From Tubulanus polymorphus (taxonomy: Eukaryota; Animalia; Nemertea): a stretch of DNA of 64,000 bases. Every line of letters begins with the position of its first letter. Positions within the stretch are counted from its first letter, which is position 1. The position numbers were made by a program, and so were the translations under genes. Of this stretch, positions 12,763-24,595 are shown piece after piece. Below the pieces are notes generated by a model. That model saw only the letters and a program-made list of their open reading frames with translations. It was not told the origin of the DNA and did no database searches. The stretch covers positions 3,742,131 through 3,806,130 of the forward strand of contig NC_134033.1 in NCBI RefSeq assembly GCF_964204645.1, read 5' to 3'.

Positions 12763-15597
12763 ATGAATTATCCAGCTGGTGGGGGTTACGGCGGTAGACC
12801 AGCCGGAGCTGGACAGTCAGGGCCAGCAAGTCGAGGCGGAATCGTGGGGACAGGGATGCCCCGAGACCCGAATACCAACATTCCACAAAACCAGCAACAA
12901 AATAATGAACGAAAGCTTGAGTAGTAAGTATTGTATTAATTATCCATGGCGGTAGTTCATCTATTCAGCAGACCCCCCTCTTCGTCTAATTTTACTAATA
13001 TCTCTTCACTACAACGGGCACTTGTCATGCTTGCTTGAGGTTCAGAACCAAAGATTCGATACAGTTGTATCCTTGGAGTTTTTTTTTCTATTTTTGACAG
13101 CTGGCTATCGCAAACCCCTGTGCGAGGGCCCGGATTTTGATTAAGTAAGATATAAATTTATGGTTAAAGCCTAAAATGGTTGAATGAATTGAAGATTTCA
13201 GCTCATTTACGCCGACAAACAATTTGGATGATTTTTGAAAAAAATTGCGTCACACTTTTCTAAGTCAATGGAAGTCTAAGCCATGGCTATATGGAACTTA
13301 CCCTGAATGCCAGACGTTGTTACGATCCCGTACAACGTTGGGCTAGATACTAGAGACTATATGGAACTGGTCCTTGGAGACTAGCTGTAATCGGAGGATT
13401 TTCAAACTTTAAGTGCCTGCCATGTAAATCACTTATTGATCGTCGATATGGCGTGTAGCCAAGTTGAATAAAACCTTGCAGCTGCAATACTATAGGTCTG
13501 TAGTAGGCCCGATGGTTTTCTTGTATTAATTCAAGCGAAAACTATCCTGGTCAATGTTCTGTTTTCAGTCGAGGAGGTTATTCGATGATGGCTCCCGACG
13601 AAAAGAAACGATCGCAAATCGAAAGACGTAAGAAAAATACAAGAAAAAACAGTGATTTTGCCAATAAACTCACCTCGCTCGAGGCCTTAAATTTTTTTAT
13701 CTTTTCTTCAGAGGCGCAAAAAGAAGCCGATAACTACGAGAGATATAAAGACAACAACCGCGTACAACACGTGAACTACGTAGGAACGGTCGGTGAGTGT
13801 GAAAATTTCAAATGTTCTCGGTTCCTGAACCTCGATAAGTCAGGGCTGAGGGTATTTCAAACATTTTTTCCCTCAACCTACTCGGGGCATTATTAGCGGA
13901 TTTGAGGTTTCTTTTCCCCCTCAACCCGCGGAGCACCGTTCAGGGCATTATTAGCAGATTTGAGATTTATTTTCTCCTAAACCTGCTGAGCACTACGACT
14001 CGGGGCATTATAAGCGGATTTGATGGTTTTTCCCTCAATCCACCGAGCGCCATTCAGGGCATTATTAGCGGATTTGAGGTTTATTTTCCTGTAAACCCAC
14101 TGAGCATTGCTCAGGGCATTATTAGCGGATTTGAGGATTGTTTCCCTCAACCCGCTGAGTGCCAATCTTTTTGCCTTCTATGCTGAAAACAGAAGCCAGC
14201 AAAAAATGGATTGACGGTTTGGGTCACTCGTGACCACTGCGTTCTGATCCGATGTCCGAATGCGAATTTCAGGCGGTGGAGAATTAACAGAAGTCGAGGC
14301 CAGACAGAAAACTTTGCAGAGTCAACTCAACCGGAGACAAATCGCTGTAAGTTTTTTTCTAAGATTCATCGTAGAGGAGCCTGGTGTTAACCGGGTTTAG
14401 AATGTATTACAAGACTAGCAGTACTATATAGGTTAACTATTTATTAGACGCACGAGCTTTCGCTACTAATGTATAGAATCTTTATCAGGTGATTGAGTCA
14501 TTCACCTGATGAAGCTTCTATACGTTAGTAGCGAAACATCGTGCATCGAATCTTTAGCGACAAAAAGTTTGTCGCTAAAGATTCGATTATTGTTGAATTT
14601 CACCGGTTCGTTCTACTTCTTGGTTCAGGAGAAATCGCGGCAATACCGAGCGGAGACGCGACGTCGAGAGGAGCAAGAGAATGAAATGCGCAAAGCAGAC
14701 GGACGACGCAAGGTCAGTGGAGAAAATATCAATTGACAACAAATTTTGTAAATTGATAGATTGTAGATTGATGGGAATTAATTGGTTATATAGTCATTTT
14801 GATCATAAGTTGTGTTAGAACATTCTTTTGCCTGACGATTTTCCAGGCAGATGATAATAAAATACGGGAACAGCAAAGACAGGACTCTTTAAAGAACGAC
14901 CATGAAAGGTAAATAACGATCATGTGAATTTTTGCCTAAAAGAGTTGTAGGACAAAATTTACAGGAATTACGGAACAAAACTTAAAGTAGCTACGGTAGG
15001 ACAAAACTTGGAGGAGTTGTAGGACAAAGTAAAAAGGAGATTTTGGGCAAAACTTACAGGAATTATGGAGCAAAATTAAAAGCAGTTATAGGGCAAAACT
15101 TGGGGGAGTTGTAGGACTAAGTTAAGATGAGATTTTGGGCAAAACTTACAGAAATTATAGAACAAAACTTAAAGCAGCTATAAGACAAAACTTGGAGGAG
15201 TTGTAGTAGGACAAAGTAAAAAGGAGATTTTGGGCAAAACTTACAGAAATTATGGAGCAAAATTAAAAGCAGTTATAGGGCAAAACTTGGAGGAGTTGTA
15301 GGACTAAGTTAAGAGGAGATTTTGGGCAAAACTTACAGAAATTATAGAACAAAACATAAAGCAGCTATAGGACAAAACTTGGAGGAGTTGTAGGAAGTTT
15401 AGATGAGTTTTAGGGCAAAATTTAAAGAAAAGTTGAAGGGTTGTTACTTGTAGATGTTGACGCTACTGTATGTGTCTAAAACTCTTCTTTCTTACCCATC
15501 CCGGTGTAAACAATTCATAAGAAGTTTTGCGTATTTTTTTATTAGGAAAAACGAAGCCTTTCTGCGGCGACTGGAACAACAGCAAAACAGGAGATAG
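12763..15597 (+). CDS. EPSTI1: Epithelial-stromal interaction protein 1-like coiled-coil protein, 7 exons, ~190 aa (upstream in-frame ATG at 12649 possible)
   Basis: Exons 12763-12923, 13569-13627, 13712-13792, 14273-14346, 14629-14712, 14847-14908, 15546-15597 (573 nt, GT-AG, in phase). GGYSMMAPDEKKR..AQKE..YK..GGGELTEVEARQK..KNEAFLRRL recalls EPSTI1 (GAYTLIAPNESRR..GGSQSETEVRQK..AEFL). Confidence 0.8.
13860..14160. repeat. ~57-bp intronic minisatellite
   Basis: gggcattattagcggatttgagg recurs five times. Confidence 0.85.
14940..15425. repeat. 21-bp-subunit intronic minisatellite with higher-order structure
   Basis: agttgtaggacaaaa.. / ttttgggcaaaacttacag units. Confidence 0.85.
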
Positions 15598-15881
15598 ATA
15601 CGAAGTAACATCCCATACAGCTGCTTACATACAGCTGATAATTGAGATTTAGTGACAGGTGACAGGATGACTGAGGTTCCTTTAAAAACATAATCACGTT
15701 TGATCGAATGATTTTATTGTAAATAAACACGTTTTAAGATATAAATATATATATCTAAAATAATAATTTATTGACATTTTTTGTGTTTAATGATTTATTT
15801 ATGGTGAGTGGTTGCTCGAGTTCGAAAATGGTTTTAAAAATGTTGGTGTTCATGTGAATTTTGAATGTAACATCCATCGGA

Positions 15882-16648
15882 ATGATTGTTACTATACCGG
15901 CGTATATTGTGGGTGACTATCGCGGTAAAATTTTTGACTTTATTTCCGTTCATTATGCGCCTAAACTGGTTAAACGTAATCTTCACCTACAATACTTTAT
16001 TTTCGAGCCGAAATGTTCGCAGGCACTTAACTTGGGATGCTATTTGTGCGCCGAAAACGGCCACGTGACGAGCAGGTTTCCGTTGAAGGTAGTAAGAAAT
16101 AAAAAAATATGCTTCGTGTGTTTGCTACGGAAGCCCCTAGGTGACATACAAGATAATTTTGTCACATTTTTAACTAATTATGTCGAAATTCGAGTTTTTT
16201 TTTTTCATATTGAATTTCGACTTAATTATGACGAATTTTGTGTTATTTTCATGTAGACTTATTATCTCGAAATTCGACGTATTAACTCGAATTTCGACAT
16301 TAAGTATCGAATAAGTCGAATTTCGATACAATTAACTCCAAATTCGACTTATTATGTCGAATTTCGAGATAATAAGCCGAAATTCGACATAATAAGTCGA
16401 AATTGTGAAAAATATCTCGTATGTCACCTAGGGGCTTGCGGAGTTTGCTCCCCGGTCATGGGAGTGCGAATTGCCGTTCGAGGGGCTGCACAATATGTAA
16501 CAGAAAGCATCATGTTGCGCTACATCGAGAAATGAAGAAATCGCGAAAAAGCACAATCATATCGGACGCGGTGTCCGGTGTCGCAGTCCGGGGCGTAAAG
16601 TTGAGAAAGGTATTTGGTAATGCCCGCTACTGCACACTCGTGGAGTGA
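15882..16648 (+). pseudogene. BEL/Pao-type gag zinc-knuckle ORF interrupted by a MITE
   Basis: Removing the MITE and one TTTG copy joins ORFs 15861.. and 16421.. in frame: CYLCAENGH..KKICFVCL|LPGHGSANCRSRGCTICNRKHHVALH, the BEL/Pao triple Cys-His signature. Confidence 0.75.
16125..16443. mobile_element. MITE with CTACGGAAGCCCCTAGGTGACATAC TIR and internal 22-bp palindromic repeats
   Basis: TIRs at both ends; 4-bp TSD TTTG (16121-16124 / 16444-16447). Confidence 0.9.
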
Positions 16649-16651
16649 AGT

Positions 16652-19228
16652 CAATCTTAAGAATCAGCAGAACATGGCGTCACAAGCCCCGGGGCTTGTC
16701 ACGCCATATCTGACATGGCGTCACAAGCCCCGAGTAAAATGCAGACTATATATAATTCACGCGGAACGAAGATATATGTTCGCGTCGAACGGACCACGTT
16801 TTTAAGTCCGATACGACGTGTAAAACCTGAATGAGATAATTTCAAGTACCGGTATGTCAATGTGTAATGAATTTCTATTTTTTCTTAACTTATTGTCTAA
16901 ATATATACTTACTAAATATTGTCTAAATATAATAACGTTATATTGTAGTATTCCGTTCAGTGCAACCACTTTGAAAGAAAATTATATCCCGTTTTTACTT
17001 CATAACTATATTCAGATGCATATATATCGAAAGATTTTTATGTAAAATTCTTCGAATATGTTTTTTACAGGTTTCCGTTATGGTGCGAGACGATCAGGAG
17101 ATCATCAGCTACATTTACATAAGCGATTTTGTATATTTTTACATATGAACAAAATAGAAACAACGATTTATAAACCTATTTCTAAGACTTAATGATTATT
17201 GTACTAATTCAAGATAATCAGTCACAATTTTTCATTTATTTCTACGGAAAACTGATCGGGTCCTCTCACGCCATGTAAATTGAAGCTATATTCTGTAGAC
17301 CGTTTGGGGCCTGACACGCCATATAGAAGACAAATCGCGATTTTTCTAGCAGTATTTGTTTTTTTTTCTTAGACTTTATGATTATGAACAATATATAACT
17401 AATTGAAACTAAAGATATGATTAGTGACAATTAATTGCTTCTATAGAAAACTGATCGCGTACTCTCACGCCATATTGGCGGCATAACACTTTGGGGCCTG
17501 ACACGCCATGTAGAAGACAGCGTGGTTTTAGGAGCTTTTTGTAACAGTATTTGCTTTTTTTTCTAAGACTAAATAATTGACAAATCATATAGAAGGATTA
17601 ATCTTTGAACATTTAAGACAATTAGTGACAATTATTCATTTGTTTGTACGGAAAAATCGTTCGGGTCTTCTCACGCCATGTCTCAATTGAAGCTATTCGG
17701 CAGACCGTTTGGGGCCTGACACGCCATGTAGAAGACAGCGTGATTTTAGGAGCTTTTTGAAACAATATTTGCCTTTTGTTCTGAGTCTAAATGATTGACA
17801 ATCCACGTAGAATGATAAATCTTTGAATATTTATGATAATCAATGACAATTATTCATTTGTTTGTACGGAAAATCGTTCGGGTCCTCTCACGCCATGTCT
17901 CAATTGAAGTTATTCTGCAGACCGTTTGGGGCTTGACACGCCATGTAGAAGACAGCGTGATTTTAGGAGCTTTTTGAAACAATATTTGCCTTTTTTCTAA
18001 GTCTAAATGATTGACAAACCATGTAGAATGATAAATCTTTGAATATTTATGATAATTAGTGACAATTATTCATTTGTTTGTACGGAAAATCGTTCGGGTC
18101 CTCTCACGCCATATCTCAATTGAAGCTATTCTGCAGACCGTTTGGGGCCTGACACGCCATATTGGTTGCAGACCGTTTGGGGCCTGACACGCCATGTAGA
18201 AGACAGCGTGATTTGAGGAGCTATTTTTGAAACAATATTTGCTTTCTTTCTAAGTCTAAATGATTGACAAACCATGTAGAATGATAAATCTTTGAATATT
18301 TATGATAATCAGTGACAATTATAGGAAAACTGATCGGGTCCTCTCACGCCATGTTTCAATTGAAGCTATTCTGCAGACCATTTGGGGCCTGACACGCCAT
18401 ATTGGCTGCAGAACATTCGGGGCTTGACACGCCATATAGAAGACAAATCGCGGTTTTTCTAGCAGTATTTGTTTTGTGATTATCAAATCATGAACAATAT
18501 ATAACTAATTGAAACTAAAGATATAATTTAATTGCTTCCATAGAAAACCGTTCGACAAACCATGTTTCAATTATTGAAGCTATTCTGCAGACAATTTGGG
18601 GCTTGACACGCCATATTGGCTGCAGAACATTTGGGGCCTGACACGCCATGTAGAAGGCTTAGCGATTTTAGGAGCCATATGACTGCAGATCACACTAGAT
18701 TGGAGCCTGGCTCACCATATATGTTTTTCTAACATTATCCATGTTCTTCTAAGACTAATTGATCAACAAATCATGTAAAATAGATGAATGATTCATTGAA
18801 ATGTAAGATAGTTAATTAAAATCTTTATTCTGTAAACTCATTCAGTAGATATATATGTAATGTTTTTGTATTTTTCATATGCTGGCGAAATATATGATTG
18901 TTTAAATTGTGTTTCAAAATGTGTGTACACTGCATTAGATTAACAAACAACGATCAATTTCTATTCTGTAAAACTCATTTTAGTGTAAATGCGATGTAAT
19001 ATGTAGTTCTTATTATGTATATATAATACGTTGTAAATCATCTAAGACAAATTAATATCCAACCGAATATTTCAACTTCGGAAGAAAAACCGCGAGACTT
19101 AGTCGACGTTTCATCTCATGCATAGGATTTGATTTTCATTTTACGTTTACCACATGGCGTGTCAAGCCCCAATATGGCGTGACAAGCCTCGGGGCTTGTG
19201 ACGCCATATGCAGCAGGTCTTAAGATTG
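16652..19228. mobile_element. 2.6-kb non-autonomous TIR element with internal ~220-bp tandem array (17240-18660)
   Basis: Left caatcttaagaatcagcagaacatggcgtcacaagcccc pairs with right ggggcttgtgacgccatatgcagcaggtcttaagattg. The ggggc(c/t)tgacacgccat motif is repeated internally. Superfamily unresolved: TTAA-flanked Kolobok-like, or a slightly longer TIR. Confidence 0.75.
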
Positions 19229-19347
19229 CCCTAGATGCCTAAATTTACCGTAGTTTTCATTACGGGAGTGCATCGTGAGTGGATCGGAACCATGATGGCG
19301 GGATTCAGGGCAACCTAAGTGCTAGTCAGACTTCATCGGCTGGCAAC

Positions 19348-20241
19348 ATGAACGAACTTGAATACAGCAACGCTTACCGCTCATTCCGATGCTTCGCTAG
19401 TAATTCGATTTCAGGACCTATAAGACTGGCCGAGGCATTGCGTATATGCGATACCGATATACCTAGAGGCGATCCCGTTAGTGGATTGAGGGTGTTGGCG
19501 ATCGGCGCGGGTCACGGAAATCTACTAGAAGAAACTCTAGGCGCGGTCGGCGATGAAGTAAAGGTAGATCGTTTGGACTGTGTGGAACCGAACAGTGTTA
19601 TGATGATAGAACTGCAGACTCGTATGAGTTTACTCGCTAGTAAGTACAACTTCGAGTATAAACTGTATCAACGACCGTTTACCAGAGAAAGCGCGGCGTC
19701 TTTTCTACCGAACGATTTCTACGATTTGTTGATATTTTCGCACGTATTTTATTATTTCGACGATCCAGCTAGCGAGTTGGAATTCGGTATGTATCGATTA
19801 ACCCGCAAACACGGGCGCGCGTTCGTCCATATGGACACTGAGAACACGATAGCCAAAATAACGCGGGACATCAATCGATGCTTAGGACGCACTGAACGTG
19901 ATATTCCCCATGTAAAATTCGACGTACCTAAAATGGACCTGGACGAAATTCTAACCGCGGCTAAAACGAAGACGGTTTTCAATTCGACGGATTCGGTATC
20001 GGTTGCGGTCCATCTCGCTCTCAAACCAGCTCGACCTCGTCTGAATAAATACGACGAAGAAATACGTGAAATAAACGACCAGTTGTTGTCGTTCGTGGCG
20101 CAAAGAAACGTCGCCGATTTGCCCGAAAATACGCGAGTTCAAATACAGGATATTATTCGCAAACATACCGTGGAAAGCCACGGGTTTCAGTTCATATCGG
20201 GTAAATTGGATAGTCTTTTAGTGATCAGAAACGAAGACTGA
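19348..20241 (+). CDS. Class I SAM-dependent methyltransferase, HNMT-like, copy 1 (297 aa, intronless CDS)
   Basis: Motif [12 protein letters not shown], acidic [21 protein letters not shown] (cf. HNMT ILSIGGG / VVEPS / FIHMIQMLYYVKD). ATG 19348 aligns with the starts of copies 2 and 3. Confidence 0.85.
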   Translation: MNELEYSNAYRSFRCFASNSISGPIRLAEALRICDTDIPRGDPVSGLRVLAIGAGHGNLLEETLGAVGDEVKVDRLDCVEPNSVMMIELQTRMSLLASKYNFEYKLYQRPFTRESAASFLPNDFYDLLIFSHVFYYFDDPASELEFGMYRLTRKHGRAFVHMDTENTIAKITRDINRCLGRTERDIPHVKFDVPKMDLDEILTAAKTKTVFNSTDSVSVAVHLALKPARPRLNKYDEEIREINDQLLSFVAQRNVADLPENTRVQIQDIIRKHTVESHGFQFISGKLDSLLVIRNED

Positions 20242-22084
20242 TTTGAGGTCAAAGTTCGGCACGAAAGCAGCCAGTCGTCCAGAAAGCTGCTACAAGTTTA
20301 AAGACTAAAGTGTATTGCATGATGTGCTTCACAAACTACGATTCATTCAACATATACAGATAAATTAATCAACTTCATGATTTTATAGTGATTCATAGTG
20401 TATATACGTACATATGCAATGTTTATCCATGTAGTTACTTGTTGCGCAGACGGTATGCTTTGGACCGAGTCAGGAACAATCAGGGTCTGGCGTCGGTTGC
20501 ACACTCATGGCTAACATTGGCTGACCAGTTAAAGACCAACTTAGTTCTCCAATCTAACAACTGAAATGATCAGTCTTGATATCTAAGGACACTATGGAAC
20601 TGGCCGTAGTGTCCAGTTCCAAAGACTCGAGACCTATGAACCGGCCATCTGTATGACGCATCAATACCAATCAGCATAACAGTACAGTACCAGGACTCAG
20701 GCCTTTCGACAAATATTTTCCTGAGTTGGTGTAAACAACTAATAATTGACCATAGAAAACATTTGCTATCTTCATTTTGAACATTTATTACTGCTTTTGT
20801 TGTAAATGGTAATTAAATATAAGATGATGCTTTAATATCCTTTTCTGTTGAAAATTTTGTGATTCGAGGTGTCTTTTATGATTCCTTTATGCTATAAATT
20901 CATTACAAACATTACATTTAATTTCATCGTTTTTCACATTTGAAATTGTTCTTTTCTTTCATTTGAATTTTCTGGTGTCTCAAAATCTATAACATTTTTT
21001 TTTAATGATTTGCAGTTTTTTCGTGTCGAGATTTTATAGATTTATCGATGTACTTTTTACAATATGGACAATAATTTTGATTTTTATTAACATCAATTTT
21101 TTCTGTCTCGTACTCACTGTCTCCCATTTATAAGGAAAAAAAAATACTAGTGGTGATGAGTGATGTGCCGACCTCTCGACCTCTGATCTGAAAGCCCACT
21201 TTTCCAATTACTTATGTATACGCACACGCAATGGGAATGATTTTTCGTAATATTTTTTTACGTAACTCCATTCCCGAAATATTGAGTGGTTATTTTACAG
21301 AGGAGAACCTCCCTAGCCCATGCATGGGTTTCAATCCACAGCCGGAACCACCCTCTTTTAAGACATTCAACATGGCTGTTAGTCAGTTTTTGAAGAATAG
21401 GTTAATTCAATCTTTAACTTTAAGATAGGCCGCCTATCTTTTAAACTTTTCCAGGCAAAATCTTATCAAAATCCATATAGAACGTTATCAATTTTCTGAA
21501 TGTAATTGATTGAACGCAAGTGACGTTTAAAAATCAATAAAATATAAGTGGCTAAAACATTTTGAAGGTATCTTTTTAAACGTGTTCTTATGTGTAAAAA
21601 AATCTTGCGCTGCGCGGACTGTTGTCTTATTAGGAAAAGGTGCCCTGAGAAATATTGCGGTTGTATTTTCAAAAGGGCGCAGGGAAATTGCGATCTAGAC
21701 GGGAGCACGTGCTGTCTTTTTCCTTCGCCTTTTCCAAAGATAATCCTTTCCTAAGACAAGTAGACCAAGAAAGTTAACTTTATCTTGATTTTCCACTAAC
21801 TTGAAAACAAATCATATCATTGTAATAAAAATGGATTATAATTGATATGTAAATAAGGATTTCAATATAATGTTAAAATCTGCAAAAGCTCTCTGCAAAC
21901 GGCTTAACACTGAAAATCCACAGTCGTCTATGGAACTGGGCGTGATAGTTCCTGACTCCGCCCAAGCATGCTATTCGGTAGGGCCCATTCTTCAGGTCCT
22001 CACAACGGGAAGTAACAATACGTCGATAAACAATATAGAATATGAACTAAATGACTTTCAAACATAGAAATGAACGATTCCCAG

Positions 22085-24595
22085 TTTGAAGCACATCATG
22101 CAAATACACTTATGTCTCTCCGCTTTCGAGCCGATCTTTGACCTCTTTGACCTCAGTCTTCGTTTCTGATCACTAAAAAACTTTCCAATTTTCCTTGTAT
22201 GAACTGAAACCCGTGGCTTACCACGGTATGTTCGCCAATGATATCCTGTAATTGAGCTCGCGTATTTTCGGGCAAATCGGCGACGTTTCTTTGCGCCACG
22301 AACGACAACAACTGGTCGTTTGTTTCACGTATTTCTTCGTCGTATTTACTCACACGAGGTCGAGCTGGTTTGAGAGCGAGATGGATCGCAACCGATGCCG
22401 AATCCGCCCAATAGAAAACCGTCTTCGTTTTAGCCGCGGTTACAATTTCGCCGAGATCAAATCGACGGACGTGGAAATTAGCATGAGGAATGTCACGATC
22501 GGTGCTTTCTAAGCATCGATTGATGTCCCGCGTTATTTTGGCTATCGAACCATTGGTTTCCATAACAACAAACGCGCGCCCGTGTTTGCGGGTTAATCGA
22601 TACAGACCGAATTCCAACTCGCTAGCCGGATCTTCGAAATAATAAAGTACGTGCGAAAATATCAACAAATCGTAGAAATCGTTCGGTAGAAAAGACGCGG
22701 CGCTTTCTCTGGTAAACGGTCGTTGATACAGGTTATACTCGAAGTTGTACTTACTAGCGAGTAAACTCATACGAGTCCGCAGTTCTATCATCATAACACT
22801 GTTCGGTTCCACACAGTCCAAACGATCTACCTTTACTTCATCGCCGACTGCGCTTAAAGTTTCTTCTAGTAGATTTCCGTGAGCCGCGCCGATCGCCAAC
22901 ACCCTCAATCCTCGTACGGGATCGCCTCTACGTATATCGGTATCGCATATACGCAATGCCTCGGCCAGTCTTATAGGTCCTGAAATCGAATTGCTAGCGA
23001 AACTTCGTAACGAGCGGTAAGCGTTGCTGTATGCTAGTTCATTCATGTTGCCAGCTCAAGCAAGACTTAGTTGACCTTTTTGATAAGACTGACTCGAATC
23101 ATGTAGAAATGAAAAGTATAATCGGCTTGATTCCTTTTTTTTAAATTCTCATTCTCCAACGTTACCGATTTGCGTTCAATCCATTTCGTTCAGCAGATTA
23201 GCTTTCTTCGGTTTTTGTTCGACTTCGCGACCCATTATTTGAAAAGTTTAGAATTCAAGATATACCTTTGAAGACCCTGATCTTTTTATTTCTGATTTTT
23301 AAACGTCAGCCATATTTACCCTCGATAAATTTCATTCGGCAAATTGACAACGATCAATAATGGATTTTACTTATATGACCTATACTTTTACTTGTATGAC
23401 CTATAAATAACTTTTAAAAAAAATCTAGTGAAATTAAATTGACCTAAATATCGAAAACTGATTTTGTCAGGAATATCGAATGTCTGAAAGAAGGGTGGTT
23501 CCGGCTGTGGATTGATACCTATACATTGGTGCATTTGTTGAGGGAAGCGGGAATGGAGTTACCGATTTCTAGCAAGCGAGACCCATGACACCGTATCTTG
23601 AGAAAATTGATAAAATCTAGTCGAAGCGAAAAATTAGTCCCATAATAAAATCCTATATAATTCATTTGATTCATAATAAGATTTGTACATACACAAAATA
23701 GTTACCACGTATTAACGCTAATTCCGACGGATAGAACATTTAGAATCTACACAACGAACACCAAAATTTTCACCAAAAATATTCCATCGTCAGGTCGACA
23801 GTAGAACCTCCTAACAAACCTTGAATTTCATTGCATATATTATTCTAATACTGGGTATAACTGGGTATATCAGTTAACAAATGGATTTTCTGGTTGCCTA
23901 AAGTTCCTTGTAACGAGAGGCTCTGCTGTAGCTGGCAATGCGCGTAGATAACCTCCTGAAAAAGATGTCTACCTCCGGAAAGAACCCCCTACGACATCAT
24001 CGAATCGATGAGATTTATGTAGGCAGCATTCTTTTCTGGTAATTAAGGAAAATGAAATCATTATTTTTTGAGACAATAATTTAGAATATACGTAGACAAT
24101 ATGGAATGCATCCGGAGACCTTTTCAAAAAAGATGGCTACCCTCAAAATTCTCCGTTTGACTCCACCAATAGGGGAGCCCCCTATAGTGATGATGTCATA
24201 GGGAGATTTTGTGAAGGTGAGGCAGCCATTTTTTCTGGGAGGACAGCAAACCTTGCCTACCTCAGACATGTCCAACTTTTGACTGATTCGGACAAAACGA
24301 AGTCATTTTCTGATCTCCTAACATATTTTGCGATCCTTAAGTCAGACTTTCAGGCTTAAATCGGACCGTTTTTCGTTGGACCAAGTTTGTCCGAGTCGGG
24401 CGAGGTTGACTAGTAAAATGAAATAGCCTACACAGTCGTATAGTTACTTGTTTTTAGCGTGACGTCGAGTCACATTTCGTTGGCACCGAAAACAATTAAC
24501 TAAGATATAGATAGAAAGAAAATTTAATCACATAAATATTTACAAAACAATTCCGAGAATATGATTCTGGAATTTGTAGCGAGGATGGTTTGAAT
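22085..24595. repeat. Segmental duplication unit (MTase plus ~1.5 kb upstream), paralogous to ~28415-31646
   Basis: Near-identical block gacatgtccaacttttgactgattcgg...ggatggtttgaat at ~24265-24595 and ~31312-31646; colinear homology throughout. Confidence 0.9.
22153..23046 (-). CDS. HNMT-like SAM methyltransferase, copy 2 (297 aa)
   Basis: Full-length colinear paralog; motif I reads IGAAHG. Confidence 0.85.
   Translation of the reverse strand: MNELAYSNAYRSLRSFASNSISGPIRLAEALRICDTDIRRGDPVRGLRVLAIGAAHGNLLEETLSAVGDEVKVDRLDCVEPNSVMMIELRTRMSLLASKYNFEYNLYQRPFTRESAASFLPNDFYDLLIFSHVLYYFEDPASELEFGLYRLTRKHGRAFVVMETNGSIAKITRDINRCLESTDRDIPHANFHVRRFDLGEIVTAAKTKTVFYWADSASVAIHLALKPARPRVSKYDEEIRETNDQLLSFVAQRNVADLPENTRAQLQDIIGEHTVVSHGFQFIQGKLESFLVIRNED

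Noticed and set aside
19279-19347. 23-aa N-terminal extension of MTase copy 1
   Set aside because: Starts at GTG and has no counterpart in copies 2 and 3; ATG 19348 is the homologous start.
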